Shown here: piece by piece, positions 36,400 through 49,495 of the stretch | How positions within the stretch are numbered: the stretch's first letter is position 1 | Layout: each line of letters begins with the position of its first letter | Source of the DNA: an uncultured delta proteobacterium | Lineage (GTDB): Bacteria; Desulfobacterota; Deferrimicrobia; Deferrimicrobiales; Deferrimicrobiaceae | DNA: 64,000 nucleotides | Reading direction: 5' to 3' | Assembly (NCBI GenBank): GCA_963770975.1 | Contig: CAVYRM010000002.1 | Location: 94,183-158,182, forward strand | The notes under the pieces: generated by a model | Told to the model about the DNA's origin: nothing | What the model saw: the letters and a program-made list of their open reading frames with translations, nothing else | Databases searched by the model: none | Program-made: the position numbers and the translations under genes

Positions 36400-39300
36400 T
36401 TACGCCGTTCCTCCTTTCCTTCCCGCGCGGACGTCGCACGTGAAAACCTTCCCCTCGTGGATCGAGACGTTCGGGTCGGCCACCAGGACGCTCAGGTTGT
36501 TCACCACGTCGCCGTGCGCGCTCCCCTGCCAGCCCCAATGCCACGGGAGGCCGATCTCGTGGACCACCTTCCCGCCGATGCGGAACGGCCGCATGCGCCG
36601 CGTGACGAGGGCCCGCGCCTCGATCTCCGCCCGGGCCGTCCGGATCGTCATGTACCCGCCGTTCCGGATCCCCTTTTCCGCCGCCAGCTCCGGGGAGATC
36701 TCGCAGAAGAGCTCGGGCATCAGCTCGGCGAGCCAAGGCAGGTTGCGGCTCATCGTGCCCGAGAGATGGTGCTCCGTCAGCCTGTAGGTGGAGACGACGA
36801 TCGGGTAGGCAGGGTCCGCGACCTTGTGGTACGGGTTCCCATCGATGTTCCAGACCTTCGCCGCCGGGTTGGACTGCTGCCCGTAGACCGGGTTCCTCAC
36901 GGGCGATTCGTACGGCTCGTAGTGGGTCGGCAGCGGACCGTCCACGAGCCCCGCCGGCGCGAAGAGCCAGGCCTTCCCGTCCGGCCGCATGATGAAGGCG
37001 TCATTCCCCGACAGCCAATCGAAGCCCAGCCCGTTCTCCCTTCCCTTGAACCCGGGAGCCTTCGTGGGCTGGAAGTCGATCCCCTCGCCCGATGGAGCCA
37101 CCCACTTCCCGGGGACCGTCTTTCCGGCCGCATCCTTCGTCCCGCTGTCGGCCGCGGGATCCCAATAGACGAGCTTCTTCCTCTCGGACCACGGGTTCCC
37201 CTTCGAGTCCGCGGAGGCGCGGTTGTACATGATGTGCCGGTTCGCCGGCCAGGCGAAGCCCCATCCCGGAGAGATCCAGTCGTCGGCTTTCCTCGACGCA
37301 CCGCGGTTCACGCCCTCCTCGGGGACGACGCCGGTGTAGATCCATGCGCCGCACGCCGTCGAGCCGTCCTCTTTCAGCGCCGCGAAGGTCGGCAGCGGCT
37401 TGCGGTCGGAGAACGTGTATCCGTTGATCTCCTTCAGGACCTTGTAGTCCGACGGTTCGTCCTTGATCCGCCAGCGGGCCGCTTCAAGGGGCTCCGGATC
37501 GTACTCCCACAGCAGGTTCCGGATCGCCCAGTCCCGTCCGTTCCCCGAGTCCGCGTAGAGGGTCTTGAGGCGCCTTCCGAGGTGCCAGGAAAACCAGATG
37601 TCGCTGCGCGCATCCCCGGGCGGGTCGACGGCCTTTTCGTGTTTCTGGATCAGCCGCTGGGTGTTCGTGAACGTCCCGTCCATCTCTGCGACGGCGGCGG
37701 CGGGAAGGAAGAAGACCTCGGTCCTGATGTCCGCGGACTTGAGCTCGCCCGACTTGATCTCCGGGGAATTTCGCCAGAAGGCCGACGTCTCCGTCTCGTA
37801 CAGGTCGCGGACGACCATCCAGTCGAGCTTGGCCAGGGCCTTCCGCTGGAATCGCGCGTTCTGCCCTCCCACTGCGGGGTTCTGCCCCATCACGAGGAAT
37901 CCCTTGATTTTCCCCGCCATCATGTCCACGAACATCGGCAGGTGGGAGTGGTCGCCGGTGATCTTCGGATGGTAGTCGTAGCCGTAGTCGTTCTCCTTCG
38001 TCGCCGCATCCCCGAACTGCGCCTTGAAATAGGAGACGGCGAACTTGGGATAGTTCCCCCAGTAGCTCGTGGCGACCGGCACGGCCTCGGTCAGGACGAA
38101 ATCCCTCAGGGAGTCGTGGGCCTTCCGCGCGTCCGGCATGTTCAGGTAGCCGGGCAGGGAGTGATACAGCGTGGCGATGTCGGTGGAGCCCTGGATGGTG
38201 GCGTGTCCTCGCAGCGCGAGCACCCCGCCCCCGGGACGGCCGATGTTGCCGAGCAGGGCCTGCAGGATGGCCGCCGTCCGGATGATCTGGACCCCGACGG
38301 TGTGCTGCGTCCAGCCGACCGCGTACGTGATGTTCGAGGTCCGGTCACGGCCGGAGTTGCGGAGCAGGGTGTCCGCCACCTTGAGGAACGTCTCCGGGGG
38401 GCAGCCGCAGACCTTCTCGACCAGTCTCCGGAGTGTAGCGGGAATAGTGCCTCTTCAGGATCCGGAAGACCGTGCGGGGATTCGCGAGCGTCGGGTCGGT
38501 CCGGGGACGACCGGGCACCCGCTGCAGGAGCAGGTCGGTCAGCGTTTCGGCCCGCGCCGCCGCGGGCCGGGGAGGCCGTTCCCGCTGGTAGCTCCAGGTG
38601 GCGTTGTCGTACTTCCTTCCGTCGGGCGACAGCTCCGGAGAACAGGCCGTCCAGATCTTCCGTGTCCCTGAAATCCGGGTTTACCAGGGTCGCCGCGTTG
38701 GTGAAGTTGACGACGTACTCCCTGAAGAACGGGTCGGTGTTCCACCGCTCGCTGGCGATCACGTGGTTGATGAGGGCGCCGAGGAAGACGATGTCCGTCC
38801 CGGCCCGGATCGGCGCATGGATGTCGCACATCGCGGAGGTGCGCGTGAAGCGCGGATCGACGTGCATGAGCACCGCGCCGTGTTCGGTCTTGGCCTTGAG
38901 CGGCCACCGGAACGCCACGGGGTGGCATTCGGCCATGTTCGAGCCCATGATCATGACGGCATCGGAATGCACGAGGTCGCGTGGGAAGGTGGTGGAGCCG
39001 CCGCGACCGAAGCTGACCCCCAGACCGGGGACCGTGGAGGAGTGTCATATCCGCGCCTGGTTTTCCAGGTACACGACCCCCAGGGCGTGCATCAGCTTCT
39101 GATGGACATAGTTCCACTCGTTGTCCATCGTGGCGCCGCCGAGGGAGGCGACGGCGTAGGTGTTCATGACCCGCTTGCGGGCCGTGCCCCCCTTGCCGTC
39201 CGGCATCTCCTGGTACTCGTTGAAGTTGTCGTCCCGGGTCTGCCGGACGAGTTTCGCGATCCGGTCCATCGCCCAGTCGAGGGATTTCTCCTCCCAACGA

Positions 39301-39668
39301 TCGCTCCCGGGAGCGCGGTACTTGACCTTCGTCCAGCGCTGCGGATTGACGACCAACTGGTACGTCGCCGCCCCCTTCGGGCAGAGGGTGCCCTCGTTGA
39401 TCGGCGAATCCGGATTCCCCTGGATGTCGAGGATCTTTCCCGCGGCGGTGTCCACCGTAACGATCTGGCCGCAGCCGACCGCGCAATAGGGGCAGATGCT
39501 GGGGACTTCCTTTCCCTGCTTGATCGGCACATCCACCTGCCGGGCCGCGAATGCCCGTACGTCGAAGCCGAAGGCGGCGAGTTCGGCAGCCACCGTTCCG
39601 GCGGTCGTCAGGGCGGCGCTCTTCAGCAGGGTCCGGCGGGTCACGGAGATCTCATTGGGTCCGGACAT
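36400..39668 (-). CDS. Selenocysteine-containing formate dehydrogenase alpha subunit (FdnG/FdoG type, Tat-exported); in-frame UGA at 39045-39047; frameshifts near 38630 and 38420
   Basis: TRRTLLK Tat motif, CPYCAVGC..LCPKG, QARI-UGA-HSSTVPGLG, ECHP, WTQHTVG, ALRGHATIQG, TYRLTEHH. Confidence 0.9.
39018..39030 (-). promoter_or_regulatory. Bacterial SECIS hairpin
   Basis: CCCCG-GUC-UGGGG stem-loop starting about 15 nt after the in-frame UGA. Confidence 0.7.
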
Positions 39669-40157
39669 GTCACTCCCCCATTTCGCGATTAATTCTCGTT
39701 AAGGCCCTCCATGATCGGCGTAGAGCCGGCTTTCCCGAGCCGGGATCGGCGTGGTCTTGACGCGTGTTGGATGCGCGGTCATTTCGTGGGATTCACCCGC
39801 GAGGTGTCCCGGGCAACGCCGTATCGAGATTTCCCGATTTCCTGCGGGAATAATCTCAATTCTTCGACCTTCTCGTCCCTTCCACCAGGTGGGGGAAACC
39901 CCGAGTCCCTTGAATCTGCTCCGTTATCCGGTTATCTCCGGCATTGGTACGGTCGTTGCGGAGCAATACCGGTAAAACGACTCATACCGAGTATTCCTGC
40001 AGACGCTGCGCTGCGATGAGTCCCGGGCCGGGGCTTCCGCCGCCAGGGGAAAGGATGGTGAGACATGCAGGGAAGGGCCGTCGATATCTCCTGTAGTCGA
40101 CGCCACGGGACGCCACCTCCAACCGGCGTCGATTCCGCGCCCCCGGAAAAAACAGGG

Positions 40158-40829
40158 ATGAAGTTTCCCGCGGAAACCCTTGTCCACCGTCACGCCGGGG
40201 TCGCCGGCTTCGCAGCGGTCCGGCCGGCGCCGCAGGAACGGTTATTGGGGGACGAGGTCCTCCTCAGGGACCTGCGAGGCGGCGCGCCCGACGCGGTCGA
40301 GGTCCTTTTCAACCGGTACCACGGGAAGGTCTACCACCTGGCGATGTCCATCCTCAAGAACGAGAGCGACGCCGAGGAGGTGTCGCAGAACGTGTTCCTC
40401 TCCGTGATCCGGAAGGTGGACACGTTCGAGGGGAACTCGACGCTCTACTCGTGGATCTACAGGATCTGCATCAATGCCTCCCTGATGCGGCTAAGGGAGA
40501 AGCGCCGCTCCGAGACGGTGTCGATCGAGGCGTTCATGCCCGTCTTCACGGAGGACGGGATGCACGCGAGCCCCGTGGTCGACTGGAGCAAGGAGGTCGA
40601 GCGGAAGGCGCTGGACAAGGAGCTCGGACGGATGATCGGGAAATTCACGTCGCACCTGTCGGACAAATACCGGGTCGTGTTCATCCTGTGCGACGTGGAA
40701 GGTCTCACCTGCGAGGAAACGGGACAGTTGCTGAACCTTTCGGTTCCGGCCGTGAGGTCCCGCCTTCATCGCGCGAGGCTTTACCTTCGGGAACGTCTTG
40801 CGAAATACCTGCGGGACGGCCGGGGATGA
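40158..40829 (+). CDS. ECF sigma-70 factor (start uncertain, could be 40065)
   Basis: DAEEVSQNVF, SWIYRI, VRSRLHRARLYLRE. Confidence 0.88.
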   Translation: MKFPAETLVHRHAGVAGFAAVRPAPQERLLGDEVLLRDLRGGAPDAVEVLFNRYHGKVYHLAMSILKNESDAEEVSQNVFLSVIRKVDTFEGNSTLYSWIYRICINASLMRLREKRRSETVSIEAFMPVFTEDGMHASPVVDWSKEVERKALDKELGRMIGKFTSHLSDKYRVVFILCDVEGLTCEETGQLLNLSVPAVRSRLHRARLYLRERLAKYLRDGRG

Positions 40830-40874
40830 CAGGATCCGGGGCCATGGCAGGATCCGGATAAGACGGCCCGGCGC

Positions 40875-41537
40875 ATGGTGCGGCGTGGAGAAATCTGCAG
40901 ATTCCCCGTCGACGGACAGCGGCGATTCCCCGTCGGGAACCTTGCAAGGCTCCCGTTGCCTGGACCCTCGCCGGGGGGCCGACAGCCGGCCGAGGCCTCG
41001 CCGGTGGATCCACCGATCCGCGAACTGATCGAGATCGGGGGGATCCATTACCGGATCCCGGGGTGCACCTCCCGCGATATCCTGCGAGAGATCGTCCATG
41101 CGACCGCCTGCATCCCCCGGGCTGCCCGTCCCGCACTGTTCGAGAAGATCTGGGAGCGGGAATCGCTGGGTTCGACCGGCATCGGCAACGGCATCGCGAT
41201 GCTCCACCCGATGGCGTCGGCGTCAAGCCCCAACCCCTCCGTCCCTTCCTGCGTCGGGCTCTACTTCCCGGATCACCCCGTGGAGTTCGGCTCGCTGGAC
41301 AGGAAGAAGGTCAAGGCGTTCTTCCTCCTGGTCCTTTCGACCCCGCAGGAACACCTGCTGACCTTGTCCCGCCTGATCCGCCTCCTCAACGAGGATTCCC
41401 TGGTGAACCTCCTCCACTCGATCCCGCCCCGCAACGACGTCCTCGCGGAAATCGTCCGGCTCGAGGGTGCCCTCTTCCCGGAAGGCCCCATCCCGCGTCA
41501 CGCCCCGCAGCAGGACAACCGATTCCGCACGCCTTGA
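40875..41537 (+). CDS. PTS IIA (PtsN/Ntr-like) domain protein
   Basis: WERESLGSTGIGNGIAMLHP, VEFGSLD, HLLTLSRL. Confidence 0.8.
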   Translation: MVRRGEICRFPVDGQRRFPVGNLARLPLPGPSPGGRQPAEASPVDPPIRELIEIGGIHYRIPGCTSRDILREIVHATACIPRAARPALFEKIWERESLGSTGIGNGIAMLHPMASASSPNPSVPSCVGLYFPDHPVEFGSLDRKKVKAFFLLVLSTPQEHLLTLSRLIRLLNEDSLVNLLHSIPPRNDVLAEIVRLEGALFPEGPIPRHAPQQDNRFRTP

Positions 41538-41638
41538 GTTTCCCGCCGGGCGCGCTCGTCCAATCTGCCTGCAAAATACTGGAAGTCGGTAAGGCCTTTT
41601 ATATAATGGACCGACGCATTCTTCCAGGAGGTGAAGCG

Positions 41639-42655
41639 ATGCCCGGCAGCCGGCCGATCGTACTCGGGGCGGTTCTGCTCCTTGCCGTGCTTGAGGCGTC
41701 CTTTTCCCATCCCGCGCATGCCGGAGACCTCGCCGTCAGGGAGCACCGGGGGATGTATGGTCTCTACGACGGCGCGTCCGGCAATTTCGTCGTGGAGCCG
41801 AAATACGAAAAGATCACGGCCCTGGAAGGCGCGTTCTACAAGGCCGTGTCAAGCGGCCGCGCGGGCATCATCAACGCGTCGGGAGACGTGCTCGTCGATT
41901 TCAAGTATCACGAGTTGTACAAGGTCGGGAAGCATTACATCGCGCGGGTCGATTTCGAGAGCACGACGTTCGGTACGCCGCAGCGGCGCGGGAACGTCAT
42001 CGTCAACACGAAATACCACGTGCGGGAGTACAAGCACGGACTGCTCGACGGCGAAGGGAACGTCGTCATCCCGGTCGAACATGGCGTGCTCAAACCGCTC
42101 GCGTATCCCGTGCTGTTCCAGGTGGGCGCGCTCACCGACTACGAGCAGGTCGGCGCGAATACGCACCACGCCAGGTTCCGCTACGGCGTGATCGACATCT
42201 TCAATAACGTGATCGTCCCCATCGAATACGACGACGTCAGGCTCGTGAAGGACGCGACGAACCCCAACAAGGTCGTCGTGGCCTATTCCAGGAAGGGGTC
42301 CCCGCAGCAGACACTCGAGTACGAGATCGGAAAGGCCACCGCGGCGGGCACTCCGTCCCGGGGCGAGACGCGGAAGATCGTCAAGTTCCGGAGCGCCGGT
42401 CTCTTCGGCTTCAAGACAACGCGCGGCGAAGTCGTTGTCGATCCCCTTTTTGAAGACGCGTGGGATTTCAGGAACGGCTATGCGAGGGTGAAGAAGGACG
42501 GCAAGTGGGGCTTCGTCGCCGAATCGGGGAAGATCGTCGTGGAGCCGAAATACGACTACGCATGGGACTTCGACGACGGAAAGGCCCGGGTGCGCCTCGA
42601 TGACGGCAGCACCCTGTTGATCGACCCGGAAGGGAAGCGCCTGGACAAGCCGTGA
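41639..42655 (+). CDS. Secreted WG-repeat protein
   Basis: Signal peptide; repeated YGL..G..VVEPKY, KWGFV..SGKIVVEPKYD.AWDF units. Confidence 0.8.
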   Translation: MPGSRPIVLGAVLLLAVLEASFSHPAHAGDLAVREHRGMYGLYDGASGNFVVEPKYEKITALEGAFYKAVSSGRAGIINASGDVLVDFKYHELYKVGKHYIARVDFESTTFGTPQRRGNVIVNTKYHVREYKHGLLDGEGNVVIPVEHGVLKPLAYPVLFQVGALTDYEQVGANTHHARFRYGVIDIFNNVIVPIEYDDVRLVKDATNPNKVVVAYSRKGSPQQTLEYEIGKATAAGTPSRGETRKIVKFRSAGLFGFKTTRGEVVVDPLFEDAWDFRNGYARVKKDGKWGFVAESGKIVVEPKYDYAWDFDDGKARVRLDDGSTLLIDPEGKRLDKP

Positions 42656-42660
42656 GGAAG

Positions 42661-42695
42661 AAAACCCCCCGAGGGAACTCCCTCGGGGGGTTTTT
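42661..42695. terminator. Bidirectional intrinsic terminator
   Basis: AAAACCCCCCGAGGGA-AC-TCCCTCGGGGGGTTTTT. Confidence 0.85.
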
Positions 42696-42702
42696 CAATC
42701 GA

Positions 42703-42779
<77 letters not shown>

Positions 42780-42794
42780 ATCAGGCAAAGGAAA

Positions 42795-42823
42795 CTTATA
42801 CACGACCCGGCCCGCACTGTCAA
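42795..42823 (-). promoter_or_regulatory. Sigma-70 promoter of tRNA-Asp
   Basis: TTGACA-N17-TATAAG. Confidence 0.7.
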
Positions 42824-42883
42824 TCGGAGGCGGGCCGAACGCCCCTGAACGCAAGGCACGGCACAAGGAAACGGTATTTTATC

Positions 42884-42911
42884 TCAAGTTTTCCCCCCCA
42901 TCCGCCGAATA
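42884..42911 (+). promoter_or_regulatory. Sigma-28 (FliA) promoter of the MCP gene
   Basis: TCAAG-N15-GCCGAATA. Confidence 0.65.
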
Positions 42912-42946
42912 GATATAAAAATCGCAGGCAAGGAGGAGTTCCCAAA

Positions 42947-44036
42947 ATGAATTGGCTGTGGAACAGGGGGGGGAAGCGGGGCAACGGTGCGGAGACGCAG
43001 GCAGCCGATCCCAGGGATGAGGAAATCGCTCGTCTGCGGGCCTCTTACCAGGCCTGCCAATCGGTGAACGAGTCCCTTCGGAAACAGGTGGCGAACCTCC
43101 ACACCTTCGCGAAAACACTGGGGACAATCGAGGATCTACGCGAGGTCTACCGGTTCGTCGCGGACATCTCGATCGAGGTGTTCGATTTCGACCGGATCAA
43201 CATCCTGATCGCCAACGAGAAAACCGGGATGCTCGAATGCGTGGAGACCCGCGGGAACAAGGATGAACCGATCGAGTCGATCCGCGTGCCGATCTCGCCG
43301 GACAGCGGTGCGCTCTACCACGCCTTCAACGACGGAAGCATCATCCTTCTCGACATCGGGACGAAGGAGGAACCGCGTCCCCTCCCCGAAAAATACATGA
43401 TCCACAAGCCATGGTCGGACATCAAGGCGTTCCGGTCCACGTCCTGCATCGTCGGCGCTCTCCTCGGACGGGAGAAGTCCGTCGGAATCTTCGGGATCGA
43501 CCGCAAGTTCAGGAAGATGCGGGCGACGCCGGACGACATAGCGCTCGTGAAGCTCCTTCGGGACATCGCCTCCTACTCCATCATGAACCTCCAGACGATC
43601 GAGGGGCTGAAGGTCAACCAGGGCGAGCTGTACGGCCTCATCCGGGGCGCGATGTCCCAGGCGACGGAAGGGCGGGAAAAAGCCGCCAAGATGGCCCAGG
43701 TGAACAAGGAGCTGCTCGACTCGTCGAAGAAGATCGCGGGGATCACGAAATCGATCGGATCGATCGCCACCCAGACGAACCTTCTCTCCGTGAACGCCGC
43801 CATCGAGGCGGCCAGGGCGGGCACCCAGGGTCTCTCCTTCGGCGTCGTCGCCGGCGAAGTGAAGCGCTTGGCCGGGTCAGACCTCCGAGGCATCGGGGGA
43901 GATCGAGGGGATCATCCGGCGGATTTCCGGCGGGATCAGCATGTCGCAGTCCACGATGGACGAGGTGGCGACGGCGCAACACAGCCTGATCCAGTCGATC
44001 GAGGTCCTGCACGCGAAAGCCGAGGCACTGGCCTGA
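42947..44036 (+). CDS. Soluble GAF-domain methyl-accepting chemotaxis-like protein, frameshift near 43875
   Basis: GAF, then [32 protein letters not shown]; shifted frame continues to ..KAEALA*. Confidence 0.85.
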
Positions 44037-44040
44037 CGAA

Positions 44041-44072
44041 CGGGGGGGTTGCGATCACCTCGCAACCCCCCG
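44041..44072. terminator. Hairpin between convergent MCP gene and tRNA-Val
   Basis: GGGGGGTTGCGA-TCACC-TCGCAACCCCCC. Confidence 0.7.
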
Positions 44073-44081
44073 TATTGCAAC

Positions 44082-44157
44082 TGGTAGGCGGAACAGGATT
44101 TGAACCTGTGACCCTCGCCTTGTAAGGGCGATGCTCTACCACCTGAGCTATCCGCCC
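44082..44157 (-). tRNA. tRNA-Val(TAC)
   Basis: GGGCGGATAGCTCAG..CTTACAA..GTTCAAATC..ACCA, 76 nt. Confidence 0.95.
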
Positions 44158-44244
44158 GCGTATTCCGATCGACGCGAGAACCCACCGTAGCAGGCGCCCG
44201 TCTCCCGTGTCAACCACCCGCCGGGCATCTGGTATGATGCGGGA

Positions 44245-45186
44245 ATGAAGATCGCGCTCCTCGGCGCCGCCGGCTTCACCGGGCGCGCCGCCGCCGTCGA
44301 ACTCGTCCGCCGGGACGAAGTCGGCGAAATCATCCTCATCGATTACATCATCCGCGACGCGAAACGTCTGGCGAAGGCGCTGTCCCCGAAGTGCCGCTGG
44401 GCGATGGCCGACGTCGGAAAACCGCCGGAACTGATCCGCCTGCTCGAAGGGGTCGACGCGGTGGCGAGCTGCGTGGGACCCTGCGCCGAGTACGAGAAGG
44501 CCGTTCTCCTTACCTGCGCCTCGTGCGGGGTCGCCGCCGCCTCGATCGGGTTCGGGACGCTGTCCGCGGAAGACCGGCGGGAGATCGACGCCGCGTTCCG
44601 CACGGGCGGATCCCCGGCGGTCGCGGGGTGCGGATGGATGCCCGGCTGGACGGACCTGCTTTCCTCGCACTTCCTGGACCCCGGGGGGGTCCGCTACCTG
44701 TTCTTTTCCCCGGACCGTTTCGGCGGGTACACGTTCCTCCGGGGGGTCGCGAAAGGGATCGAGGGTGCCGCAACCGCTCCCCCGGGGGCTCCGGCGGGAA
44801 AATACTTCTCGATGACCGACGGGACCCTGATCGGCGTACCGGAAGGGAAGCCGGGGAAGCGGCTGGGCCGGATCATGGGCACGCTGGGAAAACTGGGCGC
44901 CGTGGGGGTGGAGTTCTCCGCGGCGCTGCTGTTGTGGACGCGCGGGTCGATGACCGGTCCTGCCGGGGGGCCCGTCGCCGTCGCCGGAGTCGTCGCGGGC
45001 GAACGCTCCGCCCGCGTGGAAGATCCGAAAGGGAACCTCGGCGCGATCCTCCTGGCCGAGACGGCGATTCGCCTCGCGCGTCGGCCCCGTAGGCCCGCCG
45101 GCCTCCATCCGCTGTCCGATGTGATCGGGCGGCAGGAAGCCGAAGCGATCGCCGCGGCTGCCGGCGCCCGCATCACGACCCTGTGA
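44245..45186 (+). CDS. Saccharopine dehydrogenase-like NAD(P)-binding protein
   Basis: [23 protein letters not shown]. Confidence 0.7.
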   Translation: MKIALLGAAGFTGRAAAVELVRRDEVGEIILIDYIIRDAKRLAKALSPKCRWAMADVGKPPELIRLLEGVDAVASCVGPCAEYEKAVLLTCASCGVAAASIGFGTLSAEDRREIDAAFRTGGSPAVAGCGWMPGWTDLLSSHFLDPGGVRYLFFSPDRFGGYTFLRGVAKGIEGAATAPPGAPAGKYFSMTDGTLIGVPEGKPGKRLGRIMGTLGKLGAVGVEFSAALLLWTRGSMTGPAGGPVAVAGVVAGERSARVEDPKGNLGAILLAETAIRLARRPRRPAGLHPLSDVIGRQEAEAIAAAAGARITTL

Positions 45187-47598
45187 TCAATGCGTTACGA
45201 CGTCCCCTTCGGGGGCTCCGCCGCCTTGCGGCGGGACCATCGGCGGGGTCCCCTCCTCGGCCGAGGGGGCCGCAGGCTCCTTCGGAAGGTCGATCGCCAG
45301 GGACATCACCTCGTCCATGTGCCGGACGAAATGGATCTCCAGGCTGTTCTTGATCTTCGCCGGGACTTCCGCCAGGTCCTTCTCGTTCTCCAGGGGAAGG
45401 ATGACGGTCTTGATGCCTCCCCGGTGCGCGGCGAGCAGCTTCTCCTTCACGCCGCCGATCGGGAGCACGCGCCCCCGCAGCGTGATCTCGCCGGTCATCG
45501 CCAGGTCGTTCCGCGCCGGCACCCTGAGCAGCGCGGAGGCGAGCGCGGTGGCCATCGTGATCCCCGCCGAGGGGCCGTCCTTGGGGGTGGCGCCCTCCGG
45601 CACGTGGATGTGGATGTCGTTTTTCTGGTAGAAATCCCGCTCGAGGCCCATGATCTCCGCCCGCGTCCGGATGTAGGAGAGGGCCGCCGAGGCGGACTCC
45701 TGCATCACCTCGCCCAGCTTTCCCGTGACCTTCACGTTCCCCTTCCCCGGAAGGATCGCGACCTCGATCAGTAACAGCTCCCCGCCCACCTCCGTCCACG
45801 CAAGTCCGGTCGCCACGCCGATCGACTGTTTCTCCTCCGCCTCGCCGTACCGGTACCGGGTGACCCCGAGGTAGCGGCGGACGGCCTTGGGGGTCACCAC
45901 GATCCGGTCCTTCGCCGGGTTCTTCACCACCTCCCGGGCGATCTTGCGGCATATGGAGGCGATCTCGCGCTCCAGGCTGCGGACCCCGGCCTCGCGGGTG
46001 TAGTACCGGATGACCTGGAGGACCGCCTTGTCGCTGAACGTCACCTTCTCCTTCGACAGGCCGTGCTCCTCGACCTTCTTGGGGATGAGGTACCCCCGGG
46101 CGATGTGGAGCTTCTCCACCTCCGTGTACCCGAGCAGCCGGATGACCTCCATCCGGTCCTGGAGCGGCCCCGGGATCCCGTGGAGCATGTTCGCGGTGGT
46201 GACGAAGAAGACGTCGGACAGGTCGTAGTCCACGTCGAGGTAGTGGTCGTTGAAGGTGTTGTTCTGCTCGGGGTCGAGGACTTCGAGCAGCGCCGACGAC
46301 GGATCGCCGCGGAAATCCGCCGACATCTTGTCCACCTCGTCGAGCAGGAAGACGGGGTTCACGGTCCCCGCCTTCTTGATCTGCTGCATGATCTTCCCCG
46401 GCAGCGCCCCGATGTACGTCCGCCGGTGCCCGCGGATCTCCGCCTCGTCCCGCACCCCGCCCAGCGACATGCGGACGAACTTCCGGCCCATCGCCCGCGC
46501 GATGGAGCGCGCCAGCGACGTCTTCCCGACGCCCGGCGGCCCCACGAAGCACAGGATCGGCCCCTTGAGCTTGGACACGAGCTTCCGGACCGCCAGGTAT
46601 TCGAGGATCCGCTCCTTGACCTTCTCCAGGCCGTAATGGTCCTCGTCGAGCACCCGCTCGGCCTCCGCGATGTCGAGCTTGTCCTCGGTGCGCTCCTGCC
46701 AGGGGATCGAGACGAGCCAGTCGATGTAGTTGCGGCTCACGGTCGCCTCGGCGGACATGGGAGACATCATCCGCAGCTTCTTGATCTCCTTTTGCGCCTT
46801 CTGGTGCGCCTCCTTGCTCATCCCCCGCTTCTTGATCTTCTCGTCGAGCTCGTCGAGCTCGGTGCGCCCCTCCTCGCCGTGCCCCAGCTCCTTCTGGATC
46901 GCCCGCATCTGCTCGTTCAGGTAGAATTCGCGCTGGCTCTTCTCCATCTGCTTCTTGACGCGGCCGCGGATCCGGCGCTCGATCTCGAGGACCTCGACCT
47001 CGGACTCCATCAGCATCAGCAGCTTCTCGAGGCGCTCGGCGTCCGTCTCGAGCTCGAGCACCGCCTGCTTCTCGGAGATCTTGACGGGAAGCTGCGCCGC
47101 GAGGGTGTCGACCAGGCGGGCGGGATCGTCGAGCCCGGAGACCTGGGTGGCCAGGTCCTGCGGGATCTTCTTGCTGAGCTTCGCGAAGTTCTCGAAGGAG
47201 GCGTGGACGTTGCGGACCATCGCCTGGGCGGACGCACCGGTGAACGGCGCGGGGGGCGACTCCTCCACGCTGACCTGGAAATACCGGTCGTTCGGCAGGT
47301 AGTGCACGATCTTTCCCCGGACCCGCCCTTCCACCAGCACCTTGACGGTCCCGTCGGGGAGCTTGAGCATCTGGATGACGTGGCTGACCGTCCCCACCCG
47401 GTGGATCTCGTCCTCTTCCGGCTCGTTGGTCGAAGGATCGATCTGGGAGGAGAGGAAGATCATCCGGTCGAAGGAAAGGGCCGCCTCGAGCGACGAGACG
47501 GATTTCTCCCGGCCGACGAACAGGGGAACCACCATGCCCGGGAAGACGACGATGTCGCGCAGGGGAAGGAGCGGGAGGATCCTCTTGCGCTCTGCCAT
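45187..47598 (-). CDS. lon: Lon ATP-dependent protease
   Basis: [28 protein letters not shown]. Confidence 0.97.
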   Translation of the reverse strand: MAERKRILPLLPLRDIVVFPGMVVPLFVGREKSVSSLEAALSFDRMIFLSSQIDPSTNEPEEDEIHRVGTVSHVIQMLKLPDGTVKVLVEGRVRGKIVHYLPNDRYFQVSVEESPPAPFTGASAQAMVRNVHASFENFAKLSKKIPQDLATQVSGLDDPARLVDTLAAQLPVKISEKQAVLELETDAERLEKLLMLMESEVEVLEIERRIRGRVKKQMEKSQREFYLNEQMRAIQKELGHGEEGRTELDELDEKIKKRGMSKEAHQKAQKEIKKLRMMSPMSAEATVSRNYIDWLVSIPWQERTEDKLDIAEAERVLDEDHYGLEKVKERILEYLAVRKLVSKLKGPILCFVGPPGVGKTSLARSIARAMGRKFVRMSLGGVRDEAEIRGHRRTYIGALPGKIMQQIKKAGTVNPVFLLDEVDKMSADFRGDPSSALLEVLDPEQNNTFNDHYLDVDYDLSDVFFVTTANMLHGIPGPLQDRMEVIRLLGYTEVEKLHIARGYLIPKKVEEHGLSKEKVTFSDKAVLQVIRYYTREAGVRSLEREIASICRKIAREVVKNPAKDRIVVTPKAVRRYLGVTRYRYGEAEEKQSIGVATGLAWTEVGGELLLIEVAILPGKGNVKVTGKLGEVMQESASAALSYIRTRAEIMGLERDFYQKNDIHIHVPEGATPKDGPSAGITMATALASALLRVPARNDLAMTGEITLRGRVLPIGGVKEKLLAAHRGGIKTVILPLENEKDLAEVPAKIKNSLEIHFVRHMDEVMSLAIDLPKEPAAPSAEEGTPPMVPPQGGGAPEGDVVTH

Positions 47599-47620
47599 GA
47601 TCCGCCTCCCGCCGGCCGGG

Positions 47621-48874
<1,254 letters not shown>

Positions 48875-48886
48875 GGGGGGCCTCCG

Positions 48887-49495
48887 TCAGTCGACCAGGG
48901 GTTTGGGGGACGCACCCCGCTTGGCGACCACTTGATCGATTATACCATACGCCCTCGCCTGGTCCGATGACATGTAGTAATCCCTCTCAGTATCGGCGGC
49001 GATCCGCTCCAGCGCCTGCCCGGTGTGCCTTGAAAGGATCCCGTTCAAGTGCTCCCGCATGCGGAGGATCTCCTCGGCCTGGATCTTGATGTCGGTCGCC
49101 TGGCCGCGCGTGCCGCCCATCGGCTGGTGGATCAGGATCCGGGCGTTCGGCAGGGCGGTGCGCTTCCCATGCTCCCCTCCGGCGAGAAGAACCGCCGCCA
49201 TCGATGCGGCCTGTCCGAGGCACACGGTCGCCACGGGGGGCTTGATGAACTGCATCGTGTCGTAGATGGCCATCCCGGCGGTCACCACCCCGCCGGGAGA
49301 GTTGATGTAGATGTTGATGTCCTTGTCCGGGTCCTCGGCTTCGAGAAAAAGGAGTTGCGCGATCACCAGGTTGGCGATGTCGTCGTCGATCGGGCTGCCG
49401 ATGAAGACGATCCGGTCTTTAAGGAGCCGGGAGTAGATGTCGTAGGAACGTTCCCCGCGGCTGGTCTGCTCCACAACGATCGGAACGAGGTTCAT
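48887..49495 (-). CDS. clpP: ClpP protease
   Basis: DIYSRLL, INSPGG, AASM, IHQP. Confidence 0.97.
   Translation of the reverse strand: MNLVPIVVEQTSRGERSYDIYSRLLKDRIVFIGSPIDDDIANLVIAQLLFLEAEDPDKDINIYINSPGGVVTAGMAIYDTMQFIKPPVATVCLGQAASMAAVLLAGGEHGKRTALPNARILIHQPMGGTRGQATDIKIQAEEILRMREHLNGILSRHTGQALERIAADTERDYYMSSDQARAYGIIDQVVAKRGASPKPLVD

Noticed and set aside
39670-40157. Riboswitch or ModE/FNR site in the fdh-ECF intergenic region
   Set aside because: No convincing consensus or stable structure recognisable by eye; would need an Rfam or motif scan
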